Source: Heptranchias perlo (taxonomy: Eukaryota). From it: a stretch of DNA of 64,000 nt. The notes below the pieces were generated by a model. That model did no database searches. It saw nothing but the letters and a program-made list of their open reading frames with translations, and was not told where the DNA came from. How positions within the stretch are numbered: position 1 is the stretch's first letter; each line of letters opens with the position of its first letter. The stretch lies in contig NC_090362.1 of NCBI RefSeq assembly GCF_035084215.1, positions 12,214,001 to 12,278,000 of the forward strand, written 5' to 3'. Shown one piece after another: positions 23,936-37,146 of this stretch. Made by a program: the position numbers and the translations under genes.

Positions 23936-24301
23936 TAAATGAGATGAAAGCGACGGAAAATAGGACATAGGATGTCACCATATCATAACCAGCTCATTTA
24001 TCTGTGTCTGCCCAAAAATGAGGGATTGTTTTTGCGGTCTGCCTGAAATTATGGCAGAAAATTGATGAGCGCAAAAGAAGGCAGGGATGCAATGTTATGC
24101 CGTCTTCTGCCTTCTCAAGAACAAGAAAAATGGGCAGTGCTTGCTAAGAAATACAGGCCCTGATTTCAAATGGAATATCCAAACCTCCTTCATTGCATCT
24201 AAGCAACTCGATTTCTTCTATTGGGCCAAATATTTATTTTCTCCTGAACATATCTTAACTTTCTATATAACCTATGTTCATCTCAGACTTGAATATTGCT
24301 T

Positions 24302-25060
24302 TGTGTTAATGGTGTGATTCTGATGGGTGTGTTAATGGTGTGATTCTGATGGGTGTGTTAATGGTGTGATTCTGATGGGTGTGTTAATGGTGGGTATCTG
24401 ATGGGTGTGTTAATGGTGTGATTCTGATGGGTGTGTTGTTGATGTGATTCTGATGGGTGTGTTAATGGTGTGATGCCTGATGGGTGTGATTCTGATGGGT
24501 GTGTTAATGGTGTGAATCTGATGGGTGTGTTAATGGTGTGATTCTGATGGGTGTTTTAATGGTGTGATTCTGATGGGTGTGTTTTTAATGTGATTCTGAT
24601 GGGTGTGTTAATGGTGTGATGCCTGATGGGTGTGATTCTGATGGGTGTGTTAATGGTGTGAATCTGATGGGTGTGTTTTTGATGTGATTCTGATGGGTGT
24701 GTTAATGGTGTGATTCTGATGGGTGTGTTAATGGTGTGATTCTGATGGGTGTGTTTTTAATGTGATTCTGATGGGTGTGTTAATGGTGTGATTCTGATGG
24801 GTGTGTTGTTGATGTGATTCTGATGGGTGTGTTAATGGTGTGATTCTGATGGGTGTGTTTTTAATGTGATTCTGATGGGTGTGTTAATGGTGTGATGCTG
24901 ATGGGTGTGTTAATGGTGGGTATCTGATGGGTGTGTTAATGGTGTGATGCTGATGGGTGTGTTAATGGTGGGAATCTGATGGGTGTGTTAATGGTGGGAA
25001 TCTGATGGGTGTGTTAATGGTGTGATTAGGATGGGTGTGTTAATGGTGTGAATCTGATTG
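24302..25060. repeat. 26-bp minisatellite (~29 copies)
   Basis: GTGTTAATGGTGTGATTCTGATGGGT. Confidence 0.97.
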
Positions 25061-25294
25061 GGCATTGCATGTTCCATCCAATTGAAACATAATAAATGCA
25101 TTGAGAAAAGATATTTTTGACAACTGATGCTTGTCGGATTTCACTGACTTGCTAATAGGTCTGACGTACAATATGTTATTTGTATGACTCGTGCGCCCAA
25201 CTGGATGCAAATAATATAGATTTGGTCCCGTTGCCTGGGTACTGGTGGTGTCTGTCGGGCATGTGCTTTGGCCTAAATGGCAAATGCAACATTC

Positions 25295-25850
25295 AGCTGG
25301 AAGTGAGACCCAGAGATCAGGAAGGTCCCAACTTTAATCCCTAGTTTGTACTGAGTTAGCTGAGTTCAGCCTGGGTGCAACAGAGACGTGATAATTGGTC
25401 TCAGTGCTCCTAGGTGAGAGAGTGGAAAATTGCACAGGGTTCCTGCTCCTGATTGCCATCCAGCCTTGCTGGAAAGTGCGTGTGTGAATATAGTCTGGGG
25501 ACAGGATTGAGCGTGGCTGCAATGTATTCCATGGTGGAGCAGCCTGTCGACACTCACTGTCCACGTGATACGGCATGCTCCATCGGGAGCAGCACTCCTA
25601 GGGAGCACATCTTGGGAAATCGCAGGCCTCCAGCCTGTCATTTGCTGTCCACTGATTTTAATAGACTGAGAATCCCGAGTTGTGCGCCAGAAATTTCATG
25701 AGGTGCCCTGCCTGTGAACGGTGCTCCCACTGGGATTTCTGGTTCATGGAGTTACTGTTATGAAGAGTGGGATCCAGGGTGAAATGCCTCAGGGAACCCA
25801 GTGCCCGATGACTGTCCCCCAGAGACAGTGCCTTCAGGAGAGGAAATTGC
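25295..25850 (+). mobile_element. SINE family B copy
   Basis: CAGGAAGGTCCC..CTGAGTTAGCTGA..CCTGCTCCTGATTGCCATCCAG..CAGTGCCTTCAGGAGAGG. Confidence 0.7.
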
Positions 25851-26464
25851 AAAAATAAATTAAGAATGGGGCAGGAAATTTCACAACCACAAAGCAGAAT
25901 TGTGCCTGCTTACAAATGATCAGGGCTTCAACTCACAAAACATATAACTGGATGTTTTCTCATGCCCCCAGCCCAAGGTAATCATCGTTCTGTTGGCATC
26001 TCGCTCTGCCCCACTGCACCATTATTAGGTCTTCCAGCAGCAGCAACTTCTGCGGGTCTGGGATCTGCCTCTAGTCTCGCTATAATTGGATGTGGTTATG
26101 TATCCTATCGTGGCCCATTACTGCAGCACAAGGACTAATGGTTCAGATTCAGAATTGTTCAGCTGCAGCTAGCTACCTCAATTTAAAGAGACTTTGTTCT
26201 CTTGCAGAGTTTCTCTAAATCACTCAACAATCAATACAATCCCAGAAACAGAACTTCAAATGACTGTGAAAACACAGAAAATGTGGAGATGAAACAGATA
26301 CAGCACCTGCTGCATCAGAAACATATAGCCAACATGGTGAAGCATCACTGGGGCTGTCCACAACAGTAATCAACAAAGCTGCATTACATAGCTAGAACTG
26401 TAAAAGTAAATCATTTTTAGAAATCAGATCAAGGGATTTCACCTGGGAATTAGAAAATGCAATC

Positions 26465-26535
26465 AATACACATACATATACACTCATACACATATACACA
26501 AACACACACATACACACATACACAAAAACACACAT

Positions 26536-26577
<42 letters not shown>

Positions 26578-26578
26578 T
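26465..26578. repeat. (CA)n microsatellite
   Basis: Direct inspection. Confidence 0.95.
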
Positions 26579-27450
26579 CCAGACAAAGAAACGAAGGCAC
26601 TGTGTTACTGAGACTTCAACAAATCCTGAATTAAATCAGGACTGCTCACCACATGCAGTTCAGAGTTTTGTAAGCAGCCTGAGAACGGGTGCCTGATTTA
26701 AACGACTGTTCTGATTGCTTCACGCAGTTGCACGCACGATTCTGACCCTGTCAAATTGTTTTAAATCTTGGCATAGTGTAGCCATAACTCATGCCGAATT
26801 GCAAAAATTTGTCTGGTTGTCTGTAGGGCATCACAGATTTCCCAATCTGTGCCCATCAGGATGGGGGCGACCCACACAGTGTGGAACAGAATGAATCGAC
26901 CTTGAGTTTTATTGGTTTGCTCAGATTTTCCTTATTTTTTGTTTTAATTGAGCGCAAGAGTTTGTAACATTGACAGTGAACACAAACTATAAACATGACC
27001 CACATGAGGGCTCCTCATTATCAGAGTGTGGCTCATTATTTTCAGCAGGGACTTTGAGGCAAATTTATTCCCCTCCCCCTCCCCCTCCCCCCCACCCCCT
27101 GCCCCACCCCCCCCATGCAGTCTTCAGCACAATATTGATAACTTGAAATAGGATTTGTAAAATCAAACCTAGATTAAGGAAGCCTTGAATTCCCGAATTC
27201 CAATCTGCAGCTTAGGAATTCTAAGATATACTTGAGATCCAAGAGCCTTGTGGCTGTCAGAGAAAGTTGGGTTGGTTGCATTAACATCCTAGCCGGGGGA
27301 AGATCAGGGCGATAATTACTGGGTCAGCTGATTAGAAGTAACTCTCCGAAAGATGCACCTGACTTTACTCCTCCAGGTACTTGCAGACTGCGGGAGAGGC
27401 CAACAAGTTCACTTGACAATGACATCACGGTTTTTACATCAAAGATTCTC

Positions 27451-27880
27451 CATGATGTGGAGATGCCGGTGATGGACTGGGGTTGACAAATGTAAGGAAT
27501 CTTACAACACCAGGTTATAGTCCAACAGTTTTATTTGAAAATCACAAGCTTTCAGAGGCTTTCTCTTTCGTCAGGTGAAGTGTGGGATTCCTTGAACGTT
27601 ACCGCATTTACAGTCAGAGAACAATGCCTGGTGATTACAGATAATCTTTCCAACTGCCCGTTGTCAAGGCAATCAAAGTGTTCAGACAGAGAGACATTAC
27701 CTACAGGACCACCGAATATACAAACGGCCAGAACAAAAGACAGACAGAGAGAGAGAGAAACATCCGAATGGAAGAGAAAGAGATAACTTTTGTTCGCTGG
27801 TGGGGTAACGTGTAGCGTGACATGAACCCAAGATCCCGGTTGAGGCCGTCCTCATGGGTGCGGAACTTGGCTATCAATTT
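27451..27880 (-). mobile_element. Penelope-like 3' fragment (terminal repeat plus ORF end)
   Basis: KLIAKFRTHEDGLNRDLGFMSRY and the same terminus as at 7860-7945. Confidence 0.9.
27541..27580 (-). ncRNA. Minimal hammerhead ribozyme (variant)
   Basis: Reverse complement TCAC-CTGACGA-A-AGAG(AAAGC)CTCT-GAAA-GCTT-GTGA. Confidence 0.65.
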
Positions 27881-28020
27881 CACAACACCAATGCAAATAG
27901 GACAATGTTCTGAAGCTAAGCCTTTCATTGGCTAGAAAATCAGTCTTTAAAACTAATTGTCAGCCAACAATATCCTTCACAATGGATATTAGAAGCAAGA
28001 AGACAGAAGAAATGGAGGTT

Positions 28021-28093
28021 AGAATAAATAGAAGTGGACTCGAATAGGTAGAAGTGGACTAGAATAGGTAGAAGTGGACTAGAATAGGTAGAA
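28021..28093. repeat. 20-bp tandem repeat (~3.5 copies)
   Basis: GAATAGGTAGAAGTGGACTM. Confidence 0.85.
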
Positions 28094-28536
28094 CCTATGC
28101 TTAGTTTGACCTTATGAGACAGAGACAAATCTTGGGCTTGGTTTTGGCTTTGAATTAGGCCTTAGGCTTCAGCCTGATCTCAGAATGCACGTGGATCTTA
28201 TGTTAAATGATGTGTCACTATGTAACGTGCCTATAGAATTCTTTTGAAATATGTGTGAAAATTAAGTGACCTGCATGTATTATTTTCATATGTTCATATT
28301 GACAACCCATAAATCTCTGCAGTCCTGTCAACTGCTCTCCATCTACAACTGGAGAATTGGGTTATGTTGAACATGAAAACTAATGTAACCTCAGGCAAGA
28401 ACTCAATGAAAATGTACATTAGAATAACGCTGGGATCAAAACATTTTAACATTATAACTGTGCAGTGTCTGTCCAGGGGGTCTGCACAGAAAAAACTTGT
28501 CTGCACTGTAGAACTTAAAGACCATAGTGATTTTGG

Positions 28537-29013
28537 CAACAACAACAACAACTTGCATCCATATAGCACCTTTAACATAGTACAACATCCCAAGGTGCTT
28601 CACAGGAGCGATTATCAAACAAAATTTGACACTGAGACACATAAGGATATATTAGGACAGGTGACCAAAAACTTGGTCAAAGAGATAGGTTTTAAGGAGC
28701 GTCTTAAAGGAGGAGAGAGAGGCGGAGAGGTTTAGGGAGGGAATTCCGGAGCTTAGGACCTAGGCAGCTGAAGGCACGGCCGTCAATGGTGGAGCGATTA
28801 AAATCGGGGATGCAAAAGATGCCGGAATTGGAGGAGCGCAAAGATCTCGGAGAGTTGTGGCGCTGGAGGAGGTTACAGGGATAGGGAGGGGCGAGGCCAT
28901 GGAGGGAATTGAAAACAAGGATGAGACTTTTAAAATCGAGACGCTGCCGGACCGGAAGTCGATGTAGGTCAGCGAGCACTGGGGGTGATGGGTGAACGGG
29001 ACTTGGTGCGAGT
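28537..29013 (-). mobile_element. L2 LINE 3' end
   Basis: LADLHRLPVRQRLDFKSLILVFNSLHGLAPPY..GRAFSCLGPKLRNSLP; (TTG)n tail. Confidence 0.92.
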
Positions 29014-30064
29014 AACAAGAAAATGTTTTCTACGATGATAGCACTGTTATCTTTTGAGTCAATAAATATGGAATACTGTGCGCATGATGTGAATATACCA
29101 GCTCCAAATGGATAGAAATCTGAGGATGTCACGGAATGCCCTTTCATCCTTCACAGATTCCCTAGTGTCCATGGACCTCAGCTTGAAAACTTATGCTCTA
29201 GACATCGGTTCCTGCGCATTACACACACCTTATAGAATACATCACCGCCAAATCATCTTGTGGTTCTCTACCAGGTTTGTTAAACAGCTTTGGGCCTTTT
29301 ATTTGTGCTGTAATTCATGAATAAAGGATTGTTTAGAACATTCCAGCTCATCCCAGGTATAAACAATAGCTCTACACAAAAATCTCTGAATTCAAAACAG
29401 CCCACAGAGGTTGCACAGCCGACATTGAGATTCTGCTCAATGATACACTGCTTACGCTCAGAGAAAGAAATCCACTATTATCCTGCATCCTGGGAAGAGC
29501 TGATGTCTTTCCAACCCCTGGGAATACGTCATCAGATGGATTGTTGTTCTTGGCAAACATTGCGTGACAATCCATCTCAGCCTCCGTCCTGCTTATTAGG
29601 ATCGAAACATGCTGAGCGCCACAATCACAGGGCAATGTGTCGTCCAACTCTCGTACAGAAATTCGGTTGAGTTTGGATTGGATGTGAGCTGAGCCAAGTT
29701 GAGGTCCAGCCCAGAGCCTTTGCCAGGCTGCTCAGTCATGAAGAACTCGTCCTGCATTTGCATTGCACTGCTGCCACCAGAGGCAGCCCTCGCTTTGATA
29801 CATAGTGCTGTAACATAAACAGCACGCCTGTGTGTCTGAAGAGTAGCTTCTCTCTGTACCATTGCTGGCAAACCCAAATAGATGCCTTTGGGTTTACATG
29901 GAATATTGTCATCTATCCCTATTGCCCTTATGTGGAGGTATTGTAGGATATTGTTATACATCCTTTACCTCTAACACAAGATCGAGGACTAGGAAACATT
30001 GAAATGTCTGGTAATACTCTTTATTAAATCAAGTCAATGAGATAATAAAACATAACTCTTTACA

Positions 30065-30275
30065 TTTGGAACTTGCTACCACATGGAGTCGTTGAGGCAA
30101 ATAGCATATATGCACTTAAGGGGAAGCTGGATAAACACATGAGGGAGAAAGGAACAGAAGGAAATGCTGATAGGGTGAGATGAAGTAGGGTGGGTGGAGG
30201 CTTGTGTGGAGCACAAACACCGACATGGACCAGTTGGACCAAATGGCCTGTTTCTGTGCTGTAAATTTTATGTAA
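30065..30275 (+). mobile_element. CR1 3' tip
   Basis: WNLLPHGVVEANSI..KGKLDKHM; same subfamily as 3300-3605. Confidence 0.85.
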
Positions 30276-31020
30276 TGATCCTCACTGTGTTAAAGTCACG
30301 GCTTCTTCACACGCCCTCCTCAAACAGTCGCTGTCCAGGCTCACAAACGAAGACTGATACCCGATGGCTGCAGACGCTCACGATACCAAACCCTAGCAAG
30401 AGTCAGCACCTTCAGAGAGGGAGGGAGACTGAAGGAGAACATTGGAAACACAAGTGCTATAAATTGCAGTGGACAATGGCCATGCTTGTGAAAGTGGAAT
30501 ACCTGTCAATTACTAATACAAGCTGCAGAATAAGCGTTCAGTGGTGGAATAAAGTGCCACTCTTGGCTCAGTCAGGAAATGGACCTGCAGATGTGGGGGT
30601 AGTGTTCAATGGGAGGACAGGGTAGACGCATGACTCAGTTCTCGTTCGTGAATGAAACAAAAAGGCTTGTGTTTATTGTGTTGCTGGCTGCTTCAGCAAG
30701 GCTTGCTGTGCCCTAAGGTTAGTGTGAATAAATCTGCAATAATCTGTGTTATGTGGCAAACACAATTGGTTATTCAGTCAATTTACTGTTAACACCAACC
30801 ACCATTGTAGCTGTGCGCAAAAATAATGAATGCTATTGGTCAAGGAGTTACAGATGTGCAATGAATTTCCTGGGCCAGGGTGTACAATGCGATGGGGTGA
30901 AAAAGCCGCCTTCTACTGCCCTACACACATGGCCATTGTTTTTGTGCAGATTCAAATTAGTGAGTGCAGACAGCTATTTTTCCATGGAGGTATCACACCC
31001 AAGTCCATTCATGTCCTTAC

Positions 31021-31111
31021 GCAATGTCCAGAACAAAAGAACAAGACTGAGTGGCGCATTGATACGTTCCCCTTTCTCATTCCCATTGGTCCATGAATAC
31101 TCTCGCATACA
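31021..31111 (-). CDS. Candidate exon (91 nt)
   Basis: Strong pyrimidine tract tcttcccttttttcttctttgcttctaAG, donor GTAAGG; frame unresolved (phase 1 gives YARVFMDQWE*). Confidence 0.45.
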
Positions 31112-31179
31112 CTTAGAAGCAAAGAAGAAAAAAGGGAAGAGAGCCCCCTCCGCAATGAGGTATAATATTTCAAATGAGG

Positions 31180-31570
31180 CTGCCCCGATGGCTCAGCTGG
31201 CAAAAGGCAATGGGCGGCCAAGCCTTAGTGACCCAGGTTCCAGGTCCCACCCCTTGTCTGTCCCGAGTTAGCTGATCTCAGACAAGATTGTGGTATTGGT
31301 GTTACAACAGGCACCGTTGTCCCTGGGCTGGAGGCAAAAATACCAGGCAGTATTTCCGCTCCTGATTGCTAACCAGTGCCCCCTGCTGGAATGTATGTGT
31401 CAGGCGAGGGTAGGATCGGGCTCATTGGTGATGCCCACCATGGAAGAATATCCTGCTGAAACGCACTGTCTAACCAGGTGGCCAGTTGGCTGACATTTCA
31501 CAGGGCAACAATTCCCCATCCCCCAGCAAGAGCCAAAACCTTCAGAAGAGACGAGAAAATTGGGGAGGGA
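31180..31570 (+). mobile_element. SINE family B copy
   Basis: CCGATGGCTCAG head..GAGTTAGCTGATCTCAG..CTCCTGATTGCTAACCAGTG. Confidence 0.7.
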
Positions 31571-32046
31571 AACCTCCCAAATACACTGAGACTGTGGTCC
31601 AGAGGTGCCTTAGTTACATTTTGCCTGTGTCTGCTTTGCTTGATCACAGTAACCTGAAGCCAATGTTACTGTAGTACATCTGCTGGGAACACACTCATCA
31701 TTATGAATGTCAGCATGTAAATCTGACTGTGGATGTATAGCTGTCTGCCAGGACTCTGCAATGTTAGCAAAGATCTCTCTTACATTATGGATGACACTGG
31801 TTCATTTTTCCCCCAGACAGGATAAATTATGCAAATGTCTAATATGTTTGAAAAGCTGCTGTACTTTGTGTACTGTGAATACAGAAATGGAGATTAACTG
31901 AGAGCAGTGCAAGTTGCTCATTAAGGCCACAGGTGCTCTCTTTGTTAAAGCCTGATGGTACTCACTGATATGGTGTTCCTACAAGTGTGCCTGTATCATT
32001 GTGTGCCTGTACCTATAGCTGTCCCTGTACCACTATGTATCTCTAT

Positions 32047-32470
32047 TAACATAAGAATATAAGAAATAGGAGCAGGAGTAGGCCATACGGCCCCTCGAGC
32101 CTGCTCCGCCATTCAATCAGATCATGGCTGACCTTTGACCTCAACTCCACTTTCCCACCTGATCCCCATTTCCCCTGATTTCCTTAAGAGTCCAAAAATC
32201 TATCGATCTCAGTCTGGAGTATACTCAACCACTCAGCATCCACAGCCCTCTGGGGTAGAGAATTCCAAAGATTCACAACCCTCTGAGTGAAGGAATTTCT
32301 CGTCATCTCAGTCATAAATGGCCGACCCCTTATACTGAGATTATTGCCCCCTAATTCTAGACTCTCCAGCCAGAGGAAACAGCCTCTCAGCATCTACCCT
32401 GTCAAGCCATCTCAGAAACTCATATGTTTCAACAAGATCACCTCTCATTGTTCTAAACTCCAGAGAGCGT
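32047..32470 (-). mobile_element. CR1 LINE 3' end
   Basis: TEMTRNSFTQRVVNLWNSLPQRAV..EIDRFL. Confidence 0.9.
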
Positions 32471-32474
32471 AGGC

Positions 32475-33260
32475 TCTGTCTCTGTATCACTGTGTATCTC
32501 TGTCTGTCCCTGTATCACTGTGTATCTTTGTGTGTCTGTGCCTATCCCTGTATCACTGTGTATCTCTGTGTGTATCTGTGACTATCCCTGTATCACTGTG
32601 TATCTTTGTGTGTCTGTGCCTGTCCCTGTATCACTGTGTATCTCTGCTTGTATCAGTGACTGTCCCTGTATCACTGTGTTTCTTTGTGTGACTGTGACTG
32701 TCCCTATCCCTGTATCACTGTGTATCTCTGAGTATCTGTGCCTGTCCCTGTATCATTGTGTATCTTTGTGTGTCTGTGCCTGTCCCTGTATCACTGTGTA
32801 TCTCTGTGTGTATCTGTGACTATCCCTGTATCACTGTGTATCTTTGTGTGTCTGTGCCTGTCCCTGTATCACTGTGTATCTCTGCTTGTATCAGTGACTG
32901 TCCCTGTATCACTGTGTTTCTTTGTGTGACTGTGACTGTCCCTATCCCTGTATCACTGTGTATCTCTGAGTATCTGTGCCTGTCCCTGTATCATTGTGTA
33001 TCTTTGTGTGTCTGTGCCTGTCCCTGTATCACTGTGTATCTCTGCTTGTATCAGTGACTGTCCCTGTATCACTGTGTTTCTTTGTGTGACTGTGACTGTC
33101 CCTATACCTGCATCACTGTGTAACTCTGAGTGTGTCCGTGCCTGTCCCTGTATTACTGCGTGTCTCTGCTTGTATCAATGACTGTCCCTGTATCACTGTG
33201 TTTCTTTGTGTGACTGTGACTGTCCCTATATGTGTATCACTGTGTATCTCTGTGTGTGTC
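32475..33260. repeat. Minisatellite (~40-bp monomers) with 238-bp higher-order period
   Basis: CCCTGTATCACTGTGTATCT monomers; near-identical blocks start at 32520, 32758, 32996. Confidence 0.92.
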
Positions 33261-33994
33261 AGGGGCGTGACATGCACAGAAACCCATGATTAAGAATCTC
33301 TGAACCAGCTACTGAGATAGCCACTCTGGTAGAGTATGTGTTTGTCTGTTATAGAGTGCACACTCTCTCCTCATACAGATATGCCCCACATATCTAAGCC
33401 CAAAGAGCTTAAGCACAGGTTGGCAAGAGCCGAGGCTTAGGGATCCCCAAGTGTGGAGGGGTATACTGCTGGACTTTAACTACCTCAAACCTCACAGCTT
33501 AGGCAGCAGAGGACATTGGTCGACTTCCCACTGCTTGTGCAGCTGGAGCCACCCAGTATGTTTAGTGGAGTTGGCTTGCATGGGCTTAAAACAAACTGGC
33601 CAACTCGTTGAGTACAGTATTCCATGCATTATGGGCATTCCAGGGTTCTAATGCTTCTTAGCTCCCCAGGTTATTTCTGTCCTCTTTTTTCTGGCATGTG
33701 TCAGTTGGTGGTGGGTTCATGTGTTGGTAATCTGGAACAAGAATAGATCTGTCAGCCCATCAAGCCTGATCCTTTCACGGGCCACAACTCAAGTGTGTCC
33801 TCTCCATCGGCCACATCCAATTTTTTTATATCATGAACTGTTCCCAACATTAATCTCCTGAATAAAGTTGGGATTTTCTTTCCCTGATCCAAAAGAGATA
33901 ATGGAGCAAAATCTAGACCACCCACCCATCCTCCTATCTCCACCACTCAATTCCAGCCTGCTGATTCCACATTACTATGTTCATGTGTTGTGCT

Positions 33995-35632
33995 ACATTA
34001 CATGTGTTGGTGAAACTGAATTTTTCCTGTGTTGGTGATACTGTACATTTTCTGTGTTGATACTGAATTTCCTGTGTTGGTGATTTTGTGCGTTTCCAAT
34101 GTTGATACTAAATATCCTGTGTTGGTGATTCTGTACATTACCTGTGTTGACGATACAATACATTTCCTGTGCTGATACTGTACATTTCCTGTGTTGGTGA
34201 TACTGTACATTTCCTGTGTTGGTGATACCATACATGTCCTGTGTTGATACTGTATGTTTCCTGTGTTGATACTGCAAATTCCCTGCATTGATGATACTTT
34301 ACCTTTCCCATGTTGATACCATACACTTCCTGTGTTGATACTGTATGTTTCCTGTGTTAATACTGTACATTTCCTGTGTTGGTGATATGATATATTTCCT
34401 GTGTTGATACTGTACATTTCTTGTATTGGTGATACCGTACATTTCCTGTGTTGATACTGCAAATTCCCTGCATTGATGATACATTACCTTTCCCATGTTG
34501 ATACCGTGCATTTCCTGTGTTGATATCGTGCATTTCCTGTGTTGATACCATACATTTTCTGTGTTGGTGATACTGTACATTTCCTGTGTTGATGATATTG
34601 TACATTTCCTGTGTTGACACTGTACATTTCCTGCATTGATTCCATACATTTCCTGTGTTGATGCTGCACATTTCCTGTGGTGGTAATACAATACATTTCC
34701 TGCATTGATGATATTGTACATTTCCTGTGCTAGTGATACTGTACATTTCCTGTGCTGAGGAAATTGTACATTTCCTGTATTGATGATACTGTACATTCCT
34801 GTTCTGATGATACTGTACATTCCCAGTGCTGAGGATACTGTACATTTTCAGTGTTGTTACTATACATTTCCTGTGCTGAGGATACTGTATATTTCCTGTG
34901 CTGATACTGTACATTTCCTGTGCTGAGGATATTGTACATTTCCTGTGCTGAGAATACTGTACATTTCCTGTGTTGGTTATTACTGTATATTTCCTGTACT
35001 AGTGATATTGTACATTCCTGTGCTAATGATACTGTACATTTCCTGTGCTGAGGACACTGTACATTTCCTGTGCTGATACTGTACATTTCCTGTGTTGGTT
35101 ACACTGTATATTTTCTGTGCTATTGATATCGTACATTCCTCTGCTAATGATACTATACATTTCCTGTGTTGAGGATACTGTACATTTCCTGTGTTGAGGA
35201 TACTGTACATTTCCTGTGTTGAGGATACTGTACATTTCCTGTGTTGATGATACTGTACATTTCCTGTGTTGATGATACTGTACATTTCCTGTGTTGATGA
35301 TACTGTACATTTCCTGTGTTGATGATACTGTACATTTCCTGTGTTGATGATGATATACATTTCCTGTGTTGAGGATACTGTACATTTTCTGTGTTGATGA
35401 TACTGTACATTTTCTGTGCTGATGATGATATACATTTCCCGTGTTGATGATACTGTACATTTCCTGTGTTGATGATACTGTACATTTCCTGTGTTGATGA
35501 TACTGTACATTTCCTGTGTTGATGATACTGTACATTTTCTGTGCTGATGATGATCCTGTACATTTCCTGTGCTGATGATGCTATACATTTCCTGTGCTGA
35601 GGATACTCTACATTTCCTGTGCTGAGGATATC
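33995..35632. repeat. 22-25-bp minisatellite, ~1.6 kb
   Basis: GATGATACTGTACATTTCCTGTGTT variants. Confidence 0.97.
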
Positions 35633-36744
35633 TCTATGCACAGTGAATTCATGTACAACCTGCTTTTGCAATGGAGGAAATAGAAGGAAAGAGAGGGAGA
35701 ACAAAATTCATCAAAATCAGAAAGGGGAAAAGTGAGAGAAAAATTAAAAGAAAACAGAGAGAAAAGGAAGGGAGAGAGAGAAAAGGAAGGGAGAGAGATA
35801 CAAAGAGTAGGGGGGTAGAATAATAGGTCAGTTCTTAATTCTGCCCCGCTCAGCAAATCTTGCACAGCTGTGCTGTCCTGGGACCAACAGCATCATTATG
35901 ATTAAGCCTGTTCTCACTATAGCTGAACAGCAAAACTCTATACGAGGATTTGTTTCCTGAACCCCAACACTCCATGTCTCTCAGCCCATGCCACTCCCTA
36001 CCTTGTGTTGGTGCAATAAATCAGCAGGAATTGGCAAAATTTGCATCGTAAACACGTTTTTTGCACTAAACCATTAATATGAAATTGTTTGAAGAGGAAA
36101 TGTACATTTGAATGATTAATAGCTTGACGGGGAATGTTTGAGACTTTCTTGCCTACAGAGCTTGCCTTGGCTGTTCCACAATCTAATGATGGAATTGCTG
36201 CCTCTCGAACACCAAAAAAAAAATCCCCTGGATATATAAATGTCTGAATTATGTCACAGATTGATCTGTAATCTGATATATTAATGTTCAACAGCTTGCC
36301 CTGCCTCATATTAATGATGAAATGATGGATCGAAACTGGCAATGTTATTTCATGCAGCTCCATTAATTCATCTTAATTTTGAATTAATCTGCATATAGCA
36401 ACAGCACACCAGTGATGGAATAGCCTTCAGTGAGAGAGATTTTCATTTTACAGGTTTTATGTTTGCTGAGTAATGGAGCCATCCGTCAGCCTGACATACA
36501 ATGATGTAAATTAGGTCAATGTGTTTTCTAAAATGGGGGAGGGGAAGGGGGGGGGGTTAAGATTTAGTTTTTCAATTGTGATGGAGATTTCCACTTGAAC
36601 ACTTTCTAACATTTGTCAATTTGAGGGTCCCTGCTTCAGAACCAACCGGTAAGGTGAGAGATACAGCGGTGGGAGTCCAATCATTGAGAAAAGGAGAATA
36701 GAAATCCCTGGCCACAGACGAACAACATGTAAAAATCAAACCTG

Positions 36745-37146
36745 GGACACTGGGTGGTGCCATGGGTTACATACTGACTGACTTTCCACCTCTGGGACTT
36801 GGGTCCCAATCCAGCAAAGACTGACAGGTTCAAAGTCCCCTTTGTCTGCTGGCTGTAAAGGTCCAATATGAGTTAGGTTTGGGCGGTCTCAATCTAGTTC
36901 CTAGTGTGCATGGCTCCAGGGTGCAAAATCCCCAGCCAGGCAGCACTCCCAGAGCAAAGCCTTGCTGGACAGGAGTTGGAGATAGGCTTGAAATGCTATC
37001 GGGCCGATTATCCGAGGCTCAGCTGATGGCGAGGAGCCCAGTTGGCCGAGAGTGTGGGTCACAAAACTGGACATATAGCGGACCGCATTTTGCAGCAAAT
37101 AAAATTGCTAGCATTTCTGAGGCTGTACTGATGATCAGCACCGGTG
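36745..37146 (+). mobile_element. LF-SINE-like element (head and body)
   Basis: TTCCACCTCTGGGACTTGGGTCCCAATCCAGC..TGTCTGCTGGCTGT..GGTCTCAATCTAGTTCCTAGTG. Confidence 0.7.

Noticed and set aside
26207-26370. Plus-strand exon candidates (also 17851-17993 and 38371-38498)
   Set aside because: No recognisable protein, weak donors or in-frame stops, and they do not form a consistent chain
30753-31271. 172-aa plus-strand ORF
   Set aside because: No recognisable domain, runs into a SINE, and overlaps a better minus-strand exon candidate
33993-35704. Many overlapping ORFs with QHRKC / QEMYS motifs
   Set aside because: Translations of a 22-25-bp tandem repeat
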